A stretch of DNA of 64,000 nt from Phoronis australis (taxonomy: Eukaryota > Animalia > Phoronida): positions 239,208 to 303,207 of the forward strand of contig NMRA01000187.1 in NCBI GenBank assembly GCA_002633005.1, given 5' to 3'. This document shows, piece after piece, positions 21,701 through 32,800 of this stretch (the stretch's first letter is position 1; every line of letters starts with the position of its first letter). Under the pieces are notes generated by a model that searched no databases, had not been told where the DNA came from, and saw only the letters and a list, made by a program, of their open reading frames with translations. The position numbers and the translations under genes are program-made.

Positions 21701-24206
21701 GAATAAGTTGGGGTCCATTATATCCGACTAGTGCCGAAATTTTGTTTCTGCCAATACTATTTACCATGTCCTGCTCCACCGAGTTCGCAACAAATATTCT
21801 CAAAAAGTCGCTGCATACTAGCAATATGCTTCACACGGTCAAAGTCAAGTAAGGTACGGAATAATCCGATGAGTTATGAATCGACGGCAATTGCCGGCAC
21901 ACCAAACCAATATGGCGGAAATTCAACAAGAGCAAACTTTGCCATTTTTCATGATTTTGACAAGGACATATCTGATAGGATACTAAATGACATAAAATGA
22001 AAAGTGTGCCAACAAAATATTTGAACTTTTCCCTTTCTATTAAATTGGGGCAATGATGAATATTTTTAAGAATTAAAATAATGCAAGCACTTCGCAAATT
22101 TTTCACTTACAGCTAAATTTTGGTGATTTTAAGTGGGGGTCAGACTTTTTGCTGCAGGATGGCCGTTAGTGAACAGATTCCTATGATTTTGATATCAAAG
22201 GATCCGTGAGAAATTTCTGCATTCAACCCTGAGTGTATACTTTTAATTTTTTTTTGAATAAAAATATAAGAGAAATTAATTTTTACACTTTGGCACTTCC
22301 TAACTTCCAGACCTGAAATGTTTTTATAAGTGTACACTTAATGTCATCATCAATTAATCAGTTAATAATGCATGGTCCATCCAGGAACACATCTAAAAAG
22401 GCAGGTGCAGTGTTTTTTTAAAGATCCATGTTGACCTCTTCAACGTTCAAGCTTACCTGGAACGTGACTGGTCAATTGTAGCTTGAGAAACCAGTAAATA
22501 ATTTGTATGAAATACAATTTGGGGCAAATAAAGTTGCTTAAAATAATATTTCTAAAATTAAATTAGACTTCAAAAGTTAAGATTGGACTAAGTTTTTAAC
22601 ATTTTATGAAAATATGTTCATTGTTAACACTTTCTCGCCTTAAATCACAGCGAAATCAAGGTGACAGTGCCTTTAATTTCTTTTGGAAGTGGAAGTTGAC
22701 CCTTTTGGATGTTCCTAACTACAAAAAAGTTTCCCCTAGGATATTCTTCATGCTGTATAAAATCGATTTGAAATTACATAAAATTTTAGGGTTCCGTTAA
22801 AATCTGTTTAATTAAAAATTTATCCATTTTTGTGGTATGTTATGTAGTTTATGATCACAGAAGCATATATTGGTTATAAGAAAAAAGAATATTTCAAATA
22901 TAATACTCAGTGTTGAAATAAATGACGAAAAGCTTTGAAATGTCATAATTTCCACGTTTTGGCACTTTTTGCACGTATTTGCAATCGAAACCTCATTTTT
23001 ATCAATTTCTTTTAAAATTATTGCAACCTAAATGACTTTTCTGCTAACCATTAGCAATTTCTGATATGTTCTGATGTTTTCAAAGACATCATTATTTCAG
23101 ATTTCAAATTATCCTTCAAGTTTTGTTCTGGGTTCAAAGGTACTCAGTCGCAAGCCAAAAAAAAGTCGACTGTGAATTTTGAAATCTGGATTATTCCCTC
23201 ACTTGTTAAATGCAACAGTTCATGACGTGCTTTTATTTTATTTTGTTTACCTGTATGGTAAGTATTAGTCATCTTGTTTTAGAGCAACAGTGGGCCACAG
23301 TTTTTCAATTACAGATCTTCAAACATGCCAACAAATTTGCCTTGAAATTTTCGATTGTTCGTTTGCTGAAAAAAAGCCCATTTTTGAGGGTCTAAATTTT
23401 AAATAACTCCAGAACCGTCCAACGGATTTAAAAAAAATCAAAAAGTAATGCAAATGGCAGTTCAAGATCTATCATTTGAAACCAAATTCATTTGTTTCTG
23501 TTGAAACTGGCATTTTGCTTTGCTCACCCTAGACTTATTGACGTCCGTGACAAACCGGCAACTTTTGTGCATCATATTGCTGGTATGCAGAGACTTTTTG
23601 GAAAGATTTTAGTGCTTTGACTGCAAATTTGTTGCGAACTCGGTGGACCAGGCCACTGTAAATGTAATTGGGAGAAAGAACAATTCCTCATGGTTTGTTG
23701 AACCTGTATTGGGAACGATAAGAAGCTGAGGACGTCTGTGAGTGTGAGTGGAAACTGGTTCCGGCAGCCATTTTGAAGGGGGACCCCGCTACTAGACTTT
23801 TACCGCGGCACTCTTCCTTTACATAATCAAAGACAAAGGTTCTAACAAAAATAGACCGCAGACGCATTCTGAAAAAATAAGACACACACACACACTAGTC
23901 TAACTTATATTGATATCTTGACCGAAACAACACCTGCTAATCAGGGGAAGTTAACGTCTTGAATTGAGTTTCGCCAAGCCCCGCACGCTTCGGCGGCAAG
24001 CACGAGGTGTCGAGGTCAACGGAGTAACCAATGGAAAATCATGAATTTTAAGGAGACAAAAATAAAAACACTGAAAACTTACAAAAAATTCAGATCTCTA
24101 ATGCACAAGGATAAAAAATTACCTGTTTAGCCCTTGCTACGGCATCAGCAAAAGCATTAGGATCGTATTGATTTCCTTGCTGAACGGGTTGATCCCAACC
24201 TGACAT
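593..24206 (-). CDS. FUBP1: Far upstream element-binding protein family (FUBP1/KHSRP/FUBP3; Drosophila Psi), 4 KH domains; 3' part lies outside the window
   Basis: join(complement) 24123-24206, 17905-17986 (or 17866-17986), 16790-16831, 12679-12730, 10734-10909, 7723-7852, 6019-6148, 5170-5358, 4214-4316, 3816-3916, 2598-2745, 2224-2381, 593-776. All introns are GT-AG with consistent phase. N-box AFADAVARAKQIAAR, four KH GxxG loops (GAGG, GKGG, GKKG, GRGG), RGG linker and Pro/Gly/Gln-rich region. The symbol denotes the family, not proven one-to-one orthology. Confidence 0.93.
799..912. repeat. 27-bp minisatellite, 4 copies
   Basis: actattagagatgacaacactctttac. Confidence 0.9.
1457..1987 (+). 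mobile_element. hAT-like MITE, TIR CAGGGCTTGGAAT, 6-bp TSD AACCAT
   Basis: TIRs and TSD read directly; highly similar to the other copies. Confidence 0.9.
2224..2381 (-). CDS. FUBP1: FUBP exon 12: KH4 GGETIREIKVATGAHVELSKGPPPNAMEKTFIIRG...LGK
   Basis: ctgcag| ... |gtagga; canonical KH4. Confidence 0.94.
2598..2745 (-). CDS. FUBP1: FUBP exon 11: RGG linker and KH4 start VPADKCGLVIGR
   Basis: ttgttag| ... |gtaaga; canonical KH4. Confidence 0.93.
3690..3792. repeat. 19-bp minisatellite, 5 copies
   Basis: cagcatcaaccccttctct. Confidence 0.9.
3816..3916 (-). CDS. FUBP1: FUBP exon 10: KH3 end DLGTPVRTCHVSGKNPHNVQQVVEKINSLIQEAE
   Basis: gttacag| ... |gtaggt, phase 1 to 0. Confidence 0.88.
4214..4316 (-). 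CDS. FUBP1: FUBP exon 9: KH3 VEVPRSCVGIVIGKKGEMIRCIQEEFKCKIQFTD
   Basis: KH motif, aag| acceptor, |gtgagt donor. Confidence 0.92.
4495..4635 (-). ncRNA. SNORA62: Intronic box H/ACA snoRNA, E2/SNORA62-like (copy 1, FUBP intron 8)
   Basis: Hairpin (GCACA..TGTGC), H box ACAGTA, hairpin (TGGAAG..CTTCCA), then ACA + 3 nt. The 3' pocket TTTCGCTA / TAGTAGA is complementary to 28S rRNA UCUACUA-UC-UAGCGAAA. Shares TTTCGCTAACACCA and GTTTGATAGTA with human E2 as I recall it. Confidence 0.85.
5170..5358 (-). CDS. FUBP1: FUBP exon 8: EQAGVKMVMIQD...DKPLEITG...NNFVE (KH2)
   Basis: Canonical AGVKMVMIQD and DKPLxITG motifs; donor |gtatgt. Confidence 0.95.
6019..6148 (-). CDS. FUBP1: FUBP exon 7: KH1 end / KH2 start ...IPGNKVGLIIGKGGETIKNLQ
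   Basis: Canonical FUBP KH2 sequence, ttgacag| ... |gtaaag. Confidence 0.95.
6170..6335. repeat. About 58-bp minisatellite, 3 copies
   Basis: gattgactatatacagacatgagagtgacacgtgactgaaccaccaatagaagtat. Confidence 0.85.
7723..7852 (-). CDS. FUBP1: FUBP exon 6: KH1 VIGAGGKQITQLSAQSKCKIQIAPDSGGTPNRSVTVTGPPECI
   Basis: KH motif, cttgtag| ... |gtaagt. Confidence 0.93.
8190..8330 (-). ncRNA. SNORA62: Intronic box H/ACA snoRNA, E2/SNORA62-like (copy 2, FUBP intron 5)
   Basis: About 3 substitutions relative to copy 1; boxes and guide sequences identical; sense to the host gene. Confidence 0.85.
8616..9378. mobile_element. Non-autonomous TIR element (AGGGCTGTTCCAG ends; PIF/Harbinger-like, tentative)
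   Basis: 13-bp terminal inverted repeats; related ends at about 10240-10272, 14489 and 15824. Confidence 0.65.
10734..10909 (-). CDS. FUBP1: FUBP exon 5: QQAAQAAQEAAARINQSMG...EHFIPDRLVGL (start of KH1)
   Basis: ttttgcag| ... |gtaagt; overlaps ORF 10714-10938. Confidence 0.9.
10925..11440. repeat. 18-bp minisatellite
   Basis: gacagtgaccagtgta variants. Confidence 0.9.
12679..12730 (-). CDS. FUBP1: FUBP exon 4: PYGQVRVMADQQQQQQQR
   Basis: tttcag| ... |gtaagt, phase 1 to 2 fits both neighbours. Confidence 0.85.
12745..13017. repeat. 39-bp minisatellite
   Basis: acagtacagtatacaactaatagagttgatcacagtaat. Confidence 0.9.
13018..13533 (+). mobile_element. Same MITE family, TSD AATACA
   Basis: TIRs plus 6-bp direct repeat. 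Confidence 0.9.
14489..15824. mobile_element. AGGGCTGTTCCAG-TIR element with a probable nested insertion (about 14655-15200, GACA microsatellite)
   Basis: TIRs at both ends; the right part resembles 10270-10490. Confidence 0.55.
16790..16831 (-). CDS. FUBP1: FUBP exon 3: AGGPDAKKLATDND
   Basis: ttttcag| ... |gtaagt, 42 nt, resembles the PxxKK..ND motif of FUBP proteins. Confidence 0.85.
17866..17986 (-). CDS. FUBP1: FUBP exon 2: IAARMKPPTAGGDTGAGMKRTWDSSDA(GEYPWGSGQPDQE); two donors, exon ends 17905 or 17866
   Basis: Acceptor tttcag|, two in-frame |gtgagt donors. Confidence 0.87.
18662..19142. mobile_element. Degenerate foldback element/MITE with long imperfect inverted arms
   Basis: GGGATATACTTAA/TTAAGTATATCCC, GCCCAGGTGG/CCACCTGGGC, TTTCTCCTCC..GTGCTGTTTTT/AAAAACAGCAC..GGAGGAGAAA. 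Confidence 0.65.
20662..21166 (+). mobile_element. Same MITE family, TSD AGGTCT, nested in the TIR of another element
   Basis: TIRs plus 6-bp direct repeat. Confidence 0.9.
21372..21700. repeat. About 26-bp tandem array
   Basis: tttagacctacatttagtg(c/g)attta. Confidence 0.92.
24123..24206 (-). CDS. FUBP1: FUBP exon 1: MSGWDQPVQQGNQYDPNAFADAVARAKQ
   Basis: ATG in caccATG context, 84 nt, donor CAG|gtaa, FUBP N-box motif. Confidence 0.9.
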
Positions 24207-24265
24207 GGTGAAAATGGCGGCGTGTTTCGTTCCCTTTGTGAACTTCTGTGAATCTGATTGGTCAA
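24207..24265 (-). promoter_or_regulatory. FUBP promoter/5' UTR: YY1-type CCGCCATTTT next to the ATG, CCAAT box upstream
   Basis: aaaatggcgg at 24211-24220; gattgg at about 24256-24261. Confidence 0.5.
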
Positions 24266-25672
24266 TTTCTGAAGTAATCGATAATGACTACCCAAGACAA
24301 TATTTCTAACCAAAAGAATTCTCATAATACAAGAATTTAAAACAAATTGAACTACTGTAACGAGCAAAATTTTGTTTGTTGTTTTTTAATGTCAAATACT
24401 TTTCGCCTCATCTTGATTAACGAGCCTGTATTTTTTACAAAAGGTTTCTATTTGACCTATTGACCTACATATTTTCGTTCACACGAGTTACAATCGCGAC
24501 TGCTCAATGTCTTGGATTTGCTGCGGAAGGCCTTTGATCTCAGTCCTCAAACGTTGCAACCACAGCGCCAATTGCCGATATTTCACTTCGGTCTTGCAGT
24601 TAACGCAGAAGAGGAACTTGTCACTGGTGAATTTCATTTGACATTACTTGGACATTGTATCATCAGAATTCAGTCCTGATCAAGTGACTATCATCCGATT
24701 ATCAGTCGCTACTCAGCATTCAGGAGATTGGAATTGGCATTGATTGATAAATGGCCATTTTGGGGCTTTGGGCCTGGTAGTGGGTATTCATCGCACACTA
24801 GCCTTGGGTAATTGTTAGCCTTGGTACAAAGCTGTATATAAATATACAGCTTTGCACCGATGTGGGTAGCCTTGGTGGCTTGGTACAAAGCTGTATATTT
24901 ATAATACAGCTGTATTATAAATATACAGCTTAGCAGTAGCACCGATGCGGGTAAAAAAGTGGTAAGATAAAATCTGACACAAAATTAGCGTCATTAAAAA
25001 CTACAGTCTTCCTTGAGTAATTTAAATTATTTAACGGTGTTGGCAAAAATGGCGTTCTACCGTTATTCTGCTACTAAAGTTGTGGAGCGATCTTTTGCGA
25101 CTGCTTTCGGTGCCATGAAATTTTGCGTCACCTATTGGCCAGTTTCTTTTTTCGCCGATTCTTCAATCAACTGTTGTTCTTTCACGAGCTTACGTAAACG
25201 TCACAACAAATTATCAGAACTGGTTTCACTTCATAAAGTAAGTTTTTAGAATTTTGATACCGAAGAATCGAATTTCAGAAGAAATTTTGCTGCTCCCAAG
25301 CTCTATCATCATCACCCGAGAGATGTCGAAAAATTTAGGAAATGACGCGTGCGTGTGACACGAGCGTACTGTTTTCAAAACCACAAAATACTTTTCATTG
25401 TTAGAATAGGCGGAGAGTTGCGCAAGAAAATGACGTTTATTGCATTGTGGCACTTAAACGGCTGTAACGGGAAAGGTGAGTGTCGGTTGACTCCAAGATT
25501 TTGCATGCACACCGTCCGATTTTTAGCTTTACATGTTGATACAAGTTTCACGGCGTGGTGACTAGCAGAACTACCCAGGCTGTGTGCAATTTCGGGGTCT
25601 ACGGAAGAAATACACATAGTGGGACCGAGCTGTATTTTGATGACAGTCTTCATACAGCTAGCTGGCTGGCTA

Positions 25673-26450
25673 GGTAATTGTTTACAATATGACGACAATC
25701 ACTTAGACATATGATTTTGGTTTGATTCCTCGCAATATTATCTTTCCAAATATACACAGAAATTTCTCCTACCCCGTTCCCTTAGTATTTTATCGTGAAA
25801 TTTCTTCTAGCACTATTTCCTGGTAAGCGGTAGTAATACCCCCATGTTGAATGGAAGGAGTCACCTGGCAGTCAGGAACGTAACCAATTTACCGACTTGC
25901 AGACAGTCGCTTTTCATAAGTTCAAATTCACCGAGACCCGTCAATCCCCTGCCCGAGTTAAGGAATCAAGGATTCGAATTCGATCCTATGGTGACCCTGA
26001 TATACGCACCTGCTAGCAAGAATCCGCCAAAACAGCGGAGGTTGTTTTTGAGGTCCAAATTTGTGAAAAGAGTACCACTTCAGACAATTTTTTGGAAAAA
26101 TGGTCACAATTTTAAAAAAATGGAAAACTTAAAATGCTTCTACTTGTTCGTCAATATTTATTATGTCAGGAAAACTTTAGCGGGAATCTCGCGCAGGCAA
26201 ACACCATTCAGAAATTTAGAATCAATGATGCTGTTTCATTCATTAACAGTAGGTGTCGCTGTAATCTTGTGTTGAGCTGACATGGCGGTGTCCACCGGGA
26301 AATAGTGCCAACTGAAATTCGATGATAAAATATGGAGGAAACGCAGTAGGGGATCAATTCATATATTTTTGGAAAGATGACGGCGCGAGGAATCGAACGA
26401 TACCAAAATCATATGTCTAAGTCATTGTCGTCATATTGTAAACAATTACC
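25673..26450. mobile_element. MITE with long (about 60-150 bp) TIRs, TA flanks
   Basis: GGTAATTGTTTACAATATGACGACAAT... and its reverse complement. Confidence 0.8.
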
Positions 26451-26464
26451 TAAGTTTGAGGTGT

Positions 26465-28918
26465 CCCTTAACTCCCACTGGCCTATTGGGGTGTTGTAAA
26501 CAAATGAAAGTAGCCACTGTGGTTGGCCGCTGGATTAATGGAGTTGTTCAGAGGCCACTTCGCTAGGCAATTACATCGCCCTGGTCTGGATGCCGCAGCC
26601 GCAGGCATAGAGGGGCGACAGTATATCCCCACAAAAAGTTAATCATTTCAAACAACAGGAAATAAAATCAAGTGAAACATGCATATATGCACATGGAGTT
26701 ACACATAGTGTACCTAATTATCGGATGGATCCTAAATATCGGACATTTCATAAAATCTTACTTGAAACATAATCTGAGAATTAAATGACACCAATTTTCG
26801 TTCCGATGTAATGCATTCAATGTATGGCACCGTCTCGCTTTTTACAGTGTTGCCTAGTTTTGATTTAACCGAGAGAGGGTGCAATTTAAACCCACAAGTC
26901 GGCCTAAAATGGACAATTGCATAAATTTGTTATAAAAGTTGAAAACAAAAACTTTTTCCATAATGAAATCATCCCATTGAACTGACAGTGTGTCACTGTT
27001 TCATTTTTTCATTTTTTTTTTAAATCAAGTCGAACCCTTGCTGTGCACGTGCGTTTGTCATATCAAGAAGACAAGGAGATCTGCAGCGAGTTTGCACATG
27101 CTTAAGTCGTCTGCACTGATTCACCGAAACACTTAGCTTTGTCATCAGACTTCAATTTATGAATAACTTTTTTGCAAATGGAGCTGTGTTCTAGCTGCAT
27201 ACATGTCAAAACACTTGAGCTGAAATTTGGCTTCAAAGTGCCGGAGGCCATTACGTGGTTAGTCAGTTTTCCGCGGTGTGGCGTATGGGAATCCTGGTGT
27301 CCGATATTTAGGTTCTCCGAAGGTTTGATAGTTGTGCTTTTGAAGATTAGTCAGAACATAAATGTGGCTTTTGGTGACAAGATATAGTAACAGAACAATT
27401 CCATAAAGGTAAGTCTTTATTTCAGCAAAGAATTTACAATAATCCGTAGTATTTTCAATTAAATATAATGCAAAGTGTGCCAAACGTCCAACAATTAGTT
27501 TTCATTTGACTGTATAAACAACTCATACCATAGGTCTGGAGACAATTCAGTCAAGATAATTTGAACAAATCGATGAAAATCTGTCGCGGTTTGCTCCAAT
27601 TTCTCTTACCGGGTGCCATTTCGAGGAAGTAACGTGTAATCACGCATGTTGACGAATAAAATGTCCAAAAGACACAAATCTTACAAATTTCACCAAATAC
27701 CTTCTCATGCTATTTTGCAAGTGTCGCCCGCTAGCGTCAGGCGCTTCGCTCAGTCTCACGCTATCCTTTGCCTAACTCACGTGACTCAGTTGACATATTT
27801 TGTGGTTATCGTGCGCGCTATGAAAAAGTTAATGGCAACCAAAAATGTGGAGTTGGAATTCTTCGCCAAAGTCAACTTAATTCTCACATCTAAGCTTCAT
27901 CGAAGATATATAAAGAAGTAGAAAGGACCAATGATGACAGTAAGCGCTTTTTAAATGATAGTGTGGAATGTATTTTTTAGGTGAAAACTCAAAATCGGTA
28001 ACCCAAATCCGATCACAGCCCGTTTAAAATAAATGTAGCGAAATGAGTACAGAAAGCGAATGGAAGTATTGTAGCCCCTAAATGGCCAACCGAGGGGGCT
28101 ACGTGTTGCCTACCACTTGGCCAGCACTCAGCTCTAGGTAGTTACATGGCCCTCTTCCTGGATGTCTGCTGGGGCGATAGTACATCCCTATAAAAAGTTA
28201 CGCATTTTAAAATGCAGCAAAGAAAATCAATTGAAGCATGCGTATAGAAAAATGGACTTTTAATTAACACATACCATTGCTGCGGCTACAATTTAGTCGG
28301 CATAACTTGAACATATCCATGAAAATTTTGTTTCGGTGTGGGCACTAGTTGGATATAATGGACCCTGATTTAGAGAACCAGTTTCATCCACGAAATAACG
28401 GCCGCTATCTGTGATTGCCTGGTTCTTTAAATAAGGGTCCATTATATCCGACTAGTGCCGCGGTTTGCTTGAGTTTCTCTTACCAGGTGCCATTTTGAGG
28501 AAGTTACGTGAAATCACGCATGTTGGCGAATAAAATGTCCAAATCTTACAAATTTCACCTGATACCTTCCCATGTGCTATTTTGCGTCATGCGCTTTGCT
28601 AAAGTCTCGCGCTAGCCTTTGCCTAACTCATGTGACTCTGTTGAAATACTTTGTGGTTATTGCGCGCTTGGTGAAAAAGTTAACGGTGACCAAAAAAGCG
28701 GAGTTGGAATTCTTCGCCAAAGTCACCTAAGCTCTCGTAGCTAAGCTTCATCGAAGATATGTGTAGATTAGTAAAAAGAACGACTGGTGAAAGTAGGCGC
28801 TTTTCTAAGGGATAGTTTTAAGTGTGAAATGTGTTTTTGACGAGGTGAAAACTCTTAATCGGTGACCTGATTTGGCCTACTGCCGGTTCAAAATACATGG
28901 GATGAAATTCATACAGAA
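26465..28918. repeat. Diverged tandem duplication of a repeat unit (about 26465-26700 + 27530-28060 vs 28070-28918), each unit with different insertions
   Basis: Shared blocks such as GAGTTGGAATTCTTCGCCAAAGTCA and CTAAGCTTCATCGAAGATAT. Confidence 0.65.
28341..28459. mobile_element. 119-bp miniature of the GGCACTAGT-TIR family
   Basis: About 40-bp TIRs; imperfect 8-bp flanking duplication TCGGTGTG/GCGGTTTG; the empty site is visible in the paralogous unit near 27585. Confidence 0.75.
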
Positions 28919-29751
28919 CAGGGCTCGACGCTATTAAAATCGCCAGGTCGCATTTTGCGACCTAGCCAAAATCCCAGGTCGCATTTTCAAAATCCAGCTC
29001 GCATTCATAAATGCCAGGCTGCAAAATTTTTTACACACCAAAATGGATTTTTAGATCATCGAGAAAATGTTTAGATTATGCTGTTACCTGCAGCCTTAAC
29101 TATTCACTAATTTCAGATTGCAAAATTGACTTCGTTCATGCAGGTACGGCGTTACTGTTTTTTACGACCGCCCGTGAAAGGCTCTAGAGCGCAAGGCAAG
29201 TTGCCAACGGGAAAGTTGAATCAGTGCCCGCTAACTGACACGTGCATTCGAGTAGCTAAGTTTTCGATGTGAAAAGGGAGAAAATGCCCGTTGAAAAAGT
29301 ATCCGGGATTTTGCTAGGTCTAACCTGCTACTGGCTGTCATCAAAGTCGTTAAAGATTCAAACTAACTCTGAGTGCAAACTCCCTCCACTTTTTGTTTGC
29401 AGCCCAAATTTTGCAACTTAACTCGACATTTGAAAAACATGTCAAAAAAAACGTGAAACGATACCCTTACCGAATGACATATTTGGATGCACAGGAAACA
29501 TTCAGTGCAAATTTCACAACAAAAATGTGATACTTATGCTGTTAACGTGCTCAGCAATTACTTTTCCATGAAATGAATAGCTTTGAAATAATTCCCGACT
29601 TCCTCCGTGCAGGTTTCCATCGGGTAATGGCGAGTTTGTTCCTCAATACCTTCCAAGTATGGGAAAAATAGGTCAATCACAAAACGACACGCATGTCACT
29701 AGTATTATCTTTCTTTTGGAGGTATAAAACAAAGCCGGGATTTTTTTTTTA

Positions 29752-31305
29752 ATGCGCCCACATATTTGTATGTGGCCGCACATTACCGTCGTCTCTGTCT
29801 GGGCATCCGTCGTTCGGCGTCCGCAGCTGTATCTCCTAAACCCCTCACAGGATCTTGATGAGATTTGGCAGATGTGTGAAGTTGACGGCAGGACGACAAA
29901 TTTCGGAAGTCTCCCAACTACCGGTGTGACCCCTAGTGGTAATTTTATTTTTTTACGCTTACCTCTTTAGATTTGGAGGTCCTCAACAAATTTTCATAAA
30001 ATTTGGAAGTTAGACATCTATTAGTGATGTGATGCCATCCTCACGTTTTACATGTAGGACGGATTCCGGGTACTTTGCGCAACCTAGTGGCGATTTTTAC
30101 TGTTTTCTTGTCTTCTTTGTCGTCCACCGTTCTATCATCCAAACCGCTGTAGGGGATGCTTTTGAAAANTAGTATTATCTTTCTTTTGGAGGTATAAAAC
30201 AAAGCCGGGATTTTTTTTTTAATGCGCCCACATATTTGTATGTGGTCGCACATTACCGTCGTCTCTGTCTGGGCATCCGTCGTTCGGCGTCCGCAGCTGT
30301 ATCTCCTAAACCCCTCACAGGATCTTGATGAGATTTGGCAGATTTGTGAAGTTGACGGCAGGACGACAAATTTCGGAAGTCTCCAACTACCGGTGTGCCC
30401 CCTAGTGGTAATTTTATTTTTTTAAGCTTACCTCTTTAGATTTGGAGGTCCTCAACGAATTTTCATAAAATTTGGCAGTTAGACATCTATTAGTGAGGTG
30501 ATGCCATCCTCACGTTTTAGGACGGATTCCGGGTACTTTGCGCAACCTAGTGGTGATTTTTACTGTTTTCTCGTCTTTTTTGTCGTCCACCGTTCTATCA
30601 TCCAAACCGCTGTAGGGGATGCTTTTGAAAATTGGCATATGTGTTCTTACTGTGAATAGGGCGGCTGACGATCATTTTCTGATGACTATGGCAGTTTTGT
30701 TCGTTTTTGTGTCCATGGCTGCATCTCCATCTCCTAAATGCTCTACAGGACCTTTATTGAATTTTGCTGTAGTTGTATTTATATGAAGTTAACAACAGAG
30801 GATGACGACTTTCAGATGATTTTAGTTTTTTACGTTTACCTCTGTATCTTAAAGAGTCGTCAATGGATTTTCAGAAAATTTGGCAGTTAGGCATCTATTA
30901 GTGATGTGACGCTATCAACCGTTTTTCATTGAAATTCACGGCATTTTGCGCTTCCTTATGGCCATTTTTACTGTTTTCACCTCTTGTTTGGCATCTGCCC
31001 CTCTGTCAACCAAACCACTCTAAGGATTGTTGTGGAAATTGGCATTGATATTCCTAATGGGAAGAGGAAGTCTGACGATGATTTTTCGATTACTTCATCT
31101 ACTTTGAGGCCTCTTAATGGCAGTTATATTTTTTGCACTTTATGAAATTGGTAAAAAGCTTTCATGACACGTACAAGTTCTCAGATGGATTCGACATATT
31201 TTGCGCCATCTAGTTGCCATTTTTATTTTCCAAATAAACACCCCTAGAAGTACACCGTTATCCGTGCATTCGTGGGTGCATTTCAACGCTTTTTGTTGCT
31301 CTTGT
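29752..31305 (+). mobile_element. Helentron-associated (HINE/DINE-1-like) element, partly doubled across an N
   Basis: SubTIR ATGCGCCCAC / GTGGGTGCAT, 3' hairpin CAAC..GTTG, end CTCTTGT, T-rich left flank. Confidence 0.7.
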
Positions 31306-32800
31306 ACATATTGAGAAATGACGTTTTTTGAAAACTGAAGTTGTTGAGTAAAATGAGAGTGACACACCATGTAGGGTGCTTGCCAATTTTAAACCACGCG
31401 CGGTCGTTTGTAGTGCGCTATGATGGGCGCTAGCCTGAACTGTGGGCGCTTACTTGGAAATTCTCAAAAGTTGAGGGGGAAGGCTTAATAGGTCAGTGAG
31501 CGCTTATTATGAAACACTTCAAAGGTAGGAAGTAGGCATGTGTGTGAGCATAGTCGTTAACCTGGGTGTTAGTGGTAATAAGATATTAAAAGACTACAAT
31601 GGTAAGAAAAGTTATAATAATACGATTTTGTGAGGCAAACTCCATCTAGTAGGGGTGAGTTTATGGATATTGTTATCACCTACACTGTACCCTTTTTAGC
31701 CACTCGGAATAATTTGTTTTTAATTGCCAGCTTCAGCCGGAACAAGAGTGTTTCTATTGGAGTCTGAACATTTTACGGCGACGGTGGTCCGGGAAGCGAA
31801 AAGTTGCTGGGGGGAGGTGTATGAAGGGAAGAATAAAAAGTTCGCTAATCACTATTTCGCATCTTGTACACATTTAGTTGCAATAGCTGGCTACGGGCAT
31901 AGAAGATAGGGTTTTGGGAACATCGACCACTGTAAATATCGGAACACGAAAATATCAGTTCTGGGTTATATCGGTCCCGGGGAATATCGTAAAGCGCATC
32001 GGGTCTTTTATAACCGCCGGGAATCTATGAGTTCATTTTCAAATAAACCACTGGCACCCGGGTGCTTAACAGACCCAAGCCAGTATGTTCTTTCATTTAG
32101 GACTGCCGCTGTTCTCTTTTGATGTGCAGCTTTAAAGTGTTGCACTTGAATCACTTTAAGTTGGCAACAACGTGTGAAAGACAAATCATATTTGGCACAC
32201 GTAGCCCCAGGAACGAGGAAGGGGGTTGGAGAATTTCTTGGCAACTGAGTAAAGACTTGGCCGTCGTTTGGCGATTAATAGGGTTGTCATTTTCACTTTG
32301 GCTTTCTTATGCAATAAAAACGAGACGCACATCTCTAAGTCACGATCGTCTGGCGGGACCGCTTACGCGCTAACAATGGGACTGACGATATCAGGGTATT
32401 GTGGATATTTGGTACATGTAATAAAGACATCTTACGCGAAAAATAAATATATTTGTCCACCACAAAGTTTGGTAAGTTGATCACTTAAGAATAAGTAGAA
32501 ACACCGCTGTTTTGTGACGTTTTATCACGTGTTATGCAGTGGCCCAAAACTTTCTTCGGCAAGTCCGGAAATTTGCAAAAGTGGCCAAAGATGTTATCCA
32601 ATTAAACGCGTCAAACACTGAACTCGTAAAAGCATCAGAAACGGTTCCTGATACAAAAAAAATTTAGACCACGTAAATTGAAAACTTGTAACTTAAACAA
32701 ACCTACGTCAGTGATGACTAGGGCGTCGTAGGCCTAATTTTGCCGCCACTGTCATGTTGCTATCGTCCCCCTATTGGCCTCTACCAGGTAATTTCTCTGT

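Larger units (their letters stand above)
20601..21735. mobile_element. Merlin-like TIR element (GGCACTAGTYGGATATAATG ends) containing a nested MITE and a 25-bp tandem array
   Basis: About 60-bp inverted repeats at 20601-20661 and 21675-21735; superfamily assignment tentative. Confidence 0.7.

Noticed and set aside
23688-23770. AAAATGGCTGCC start with a short ORF as another first exon
   Set aside because: In-frame stop, no good donor, and it overlaps a repeat
25844-26275. 143-aa ORF inside a TIR element
   Set aside because: No transposase or other recognisable motifs
29700-30630. About 470-bp direct duplication around the single n at 30169
   Set aside because: The copies abut a 1-base gap and differ by few SNPs/indels; most likely unmerged allelic contig overlap
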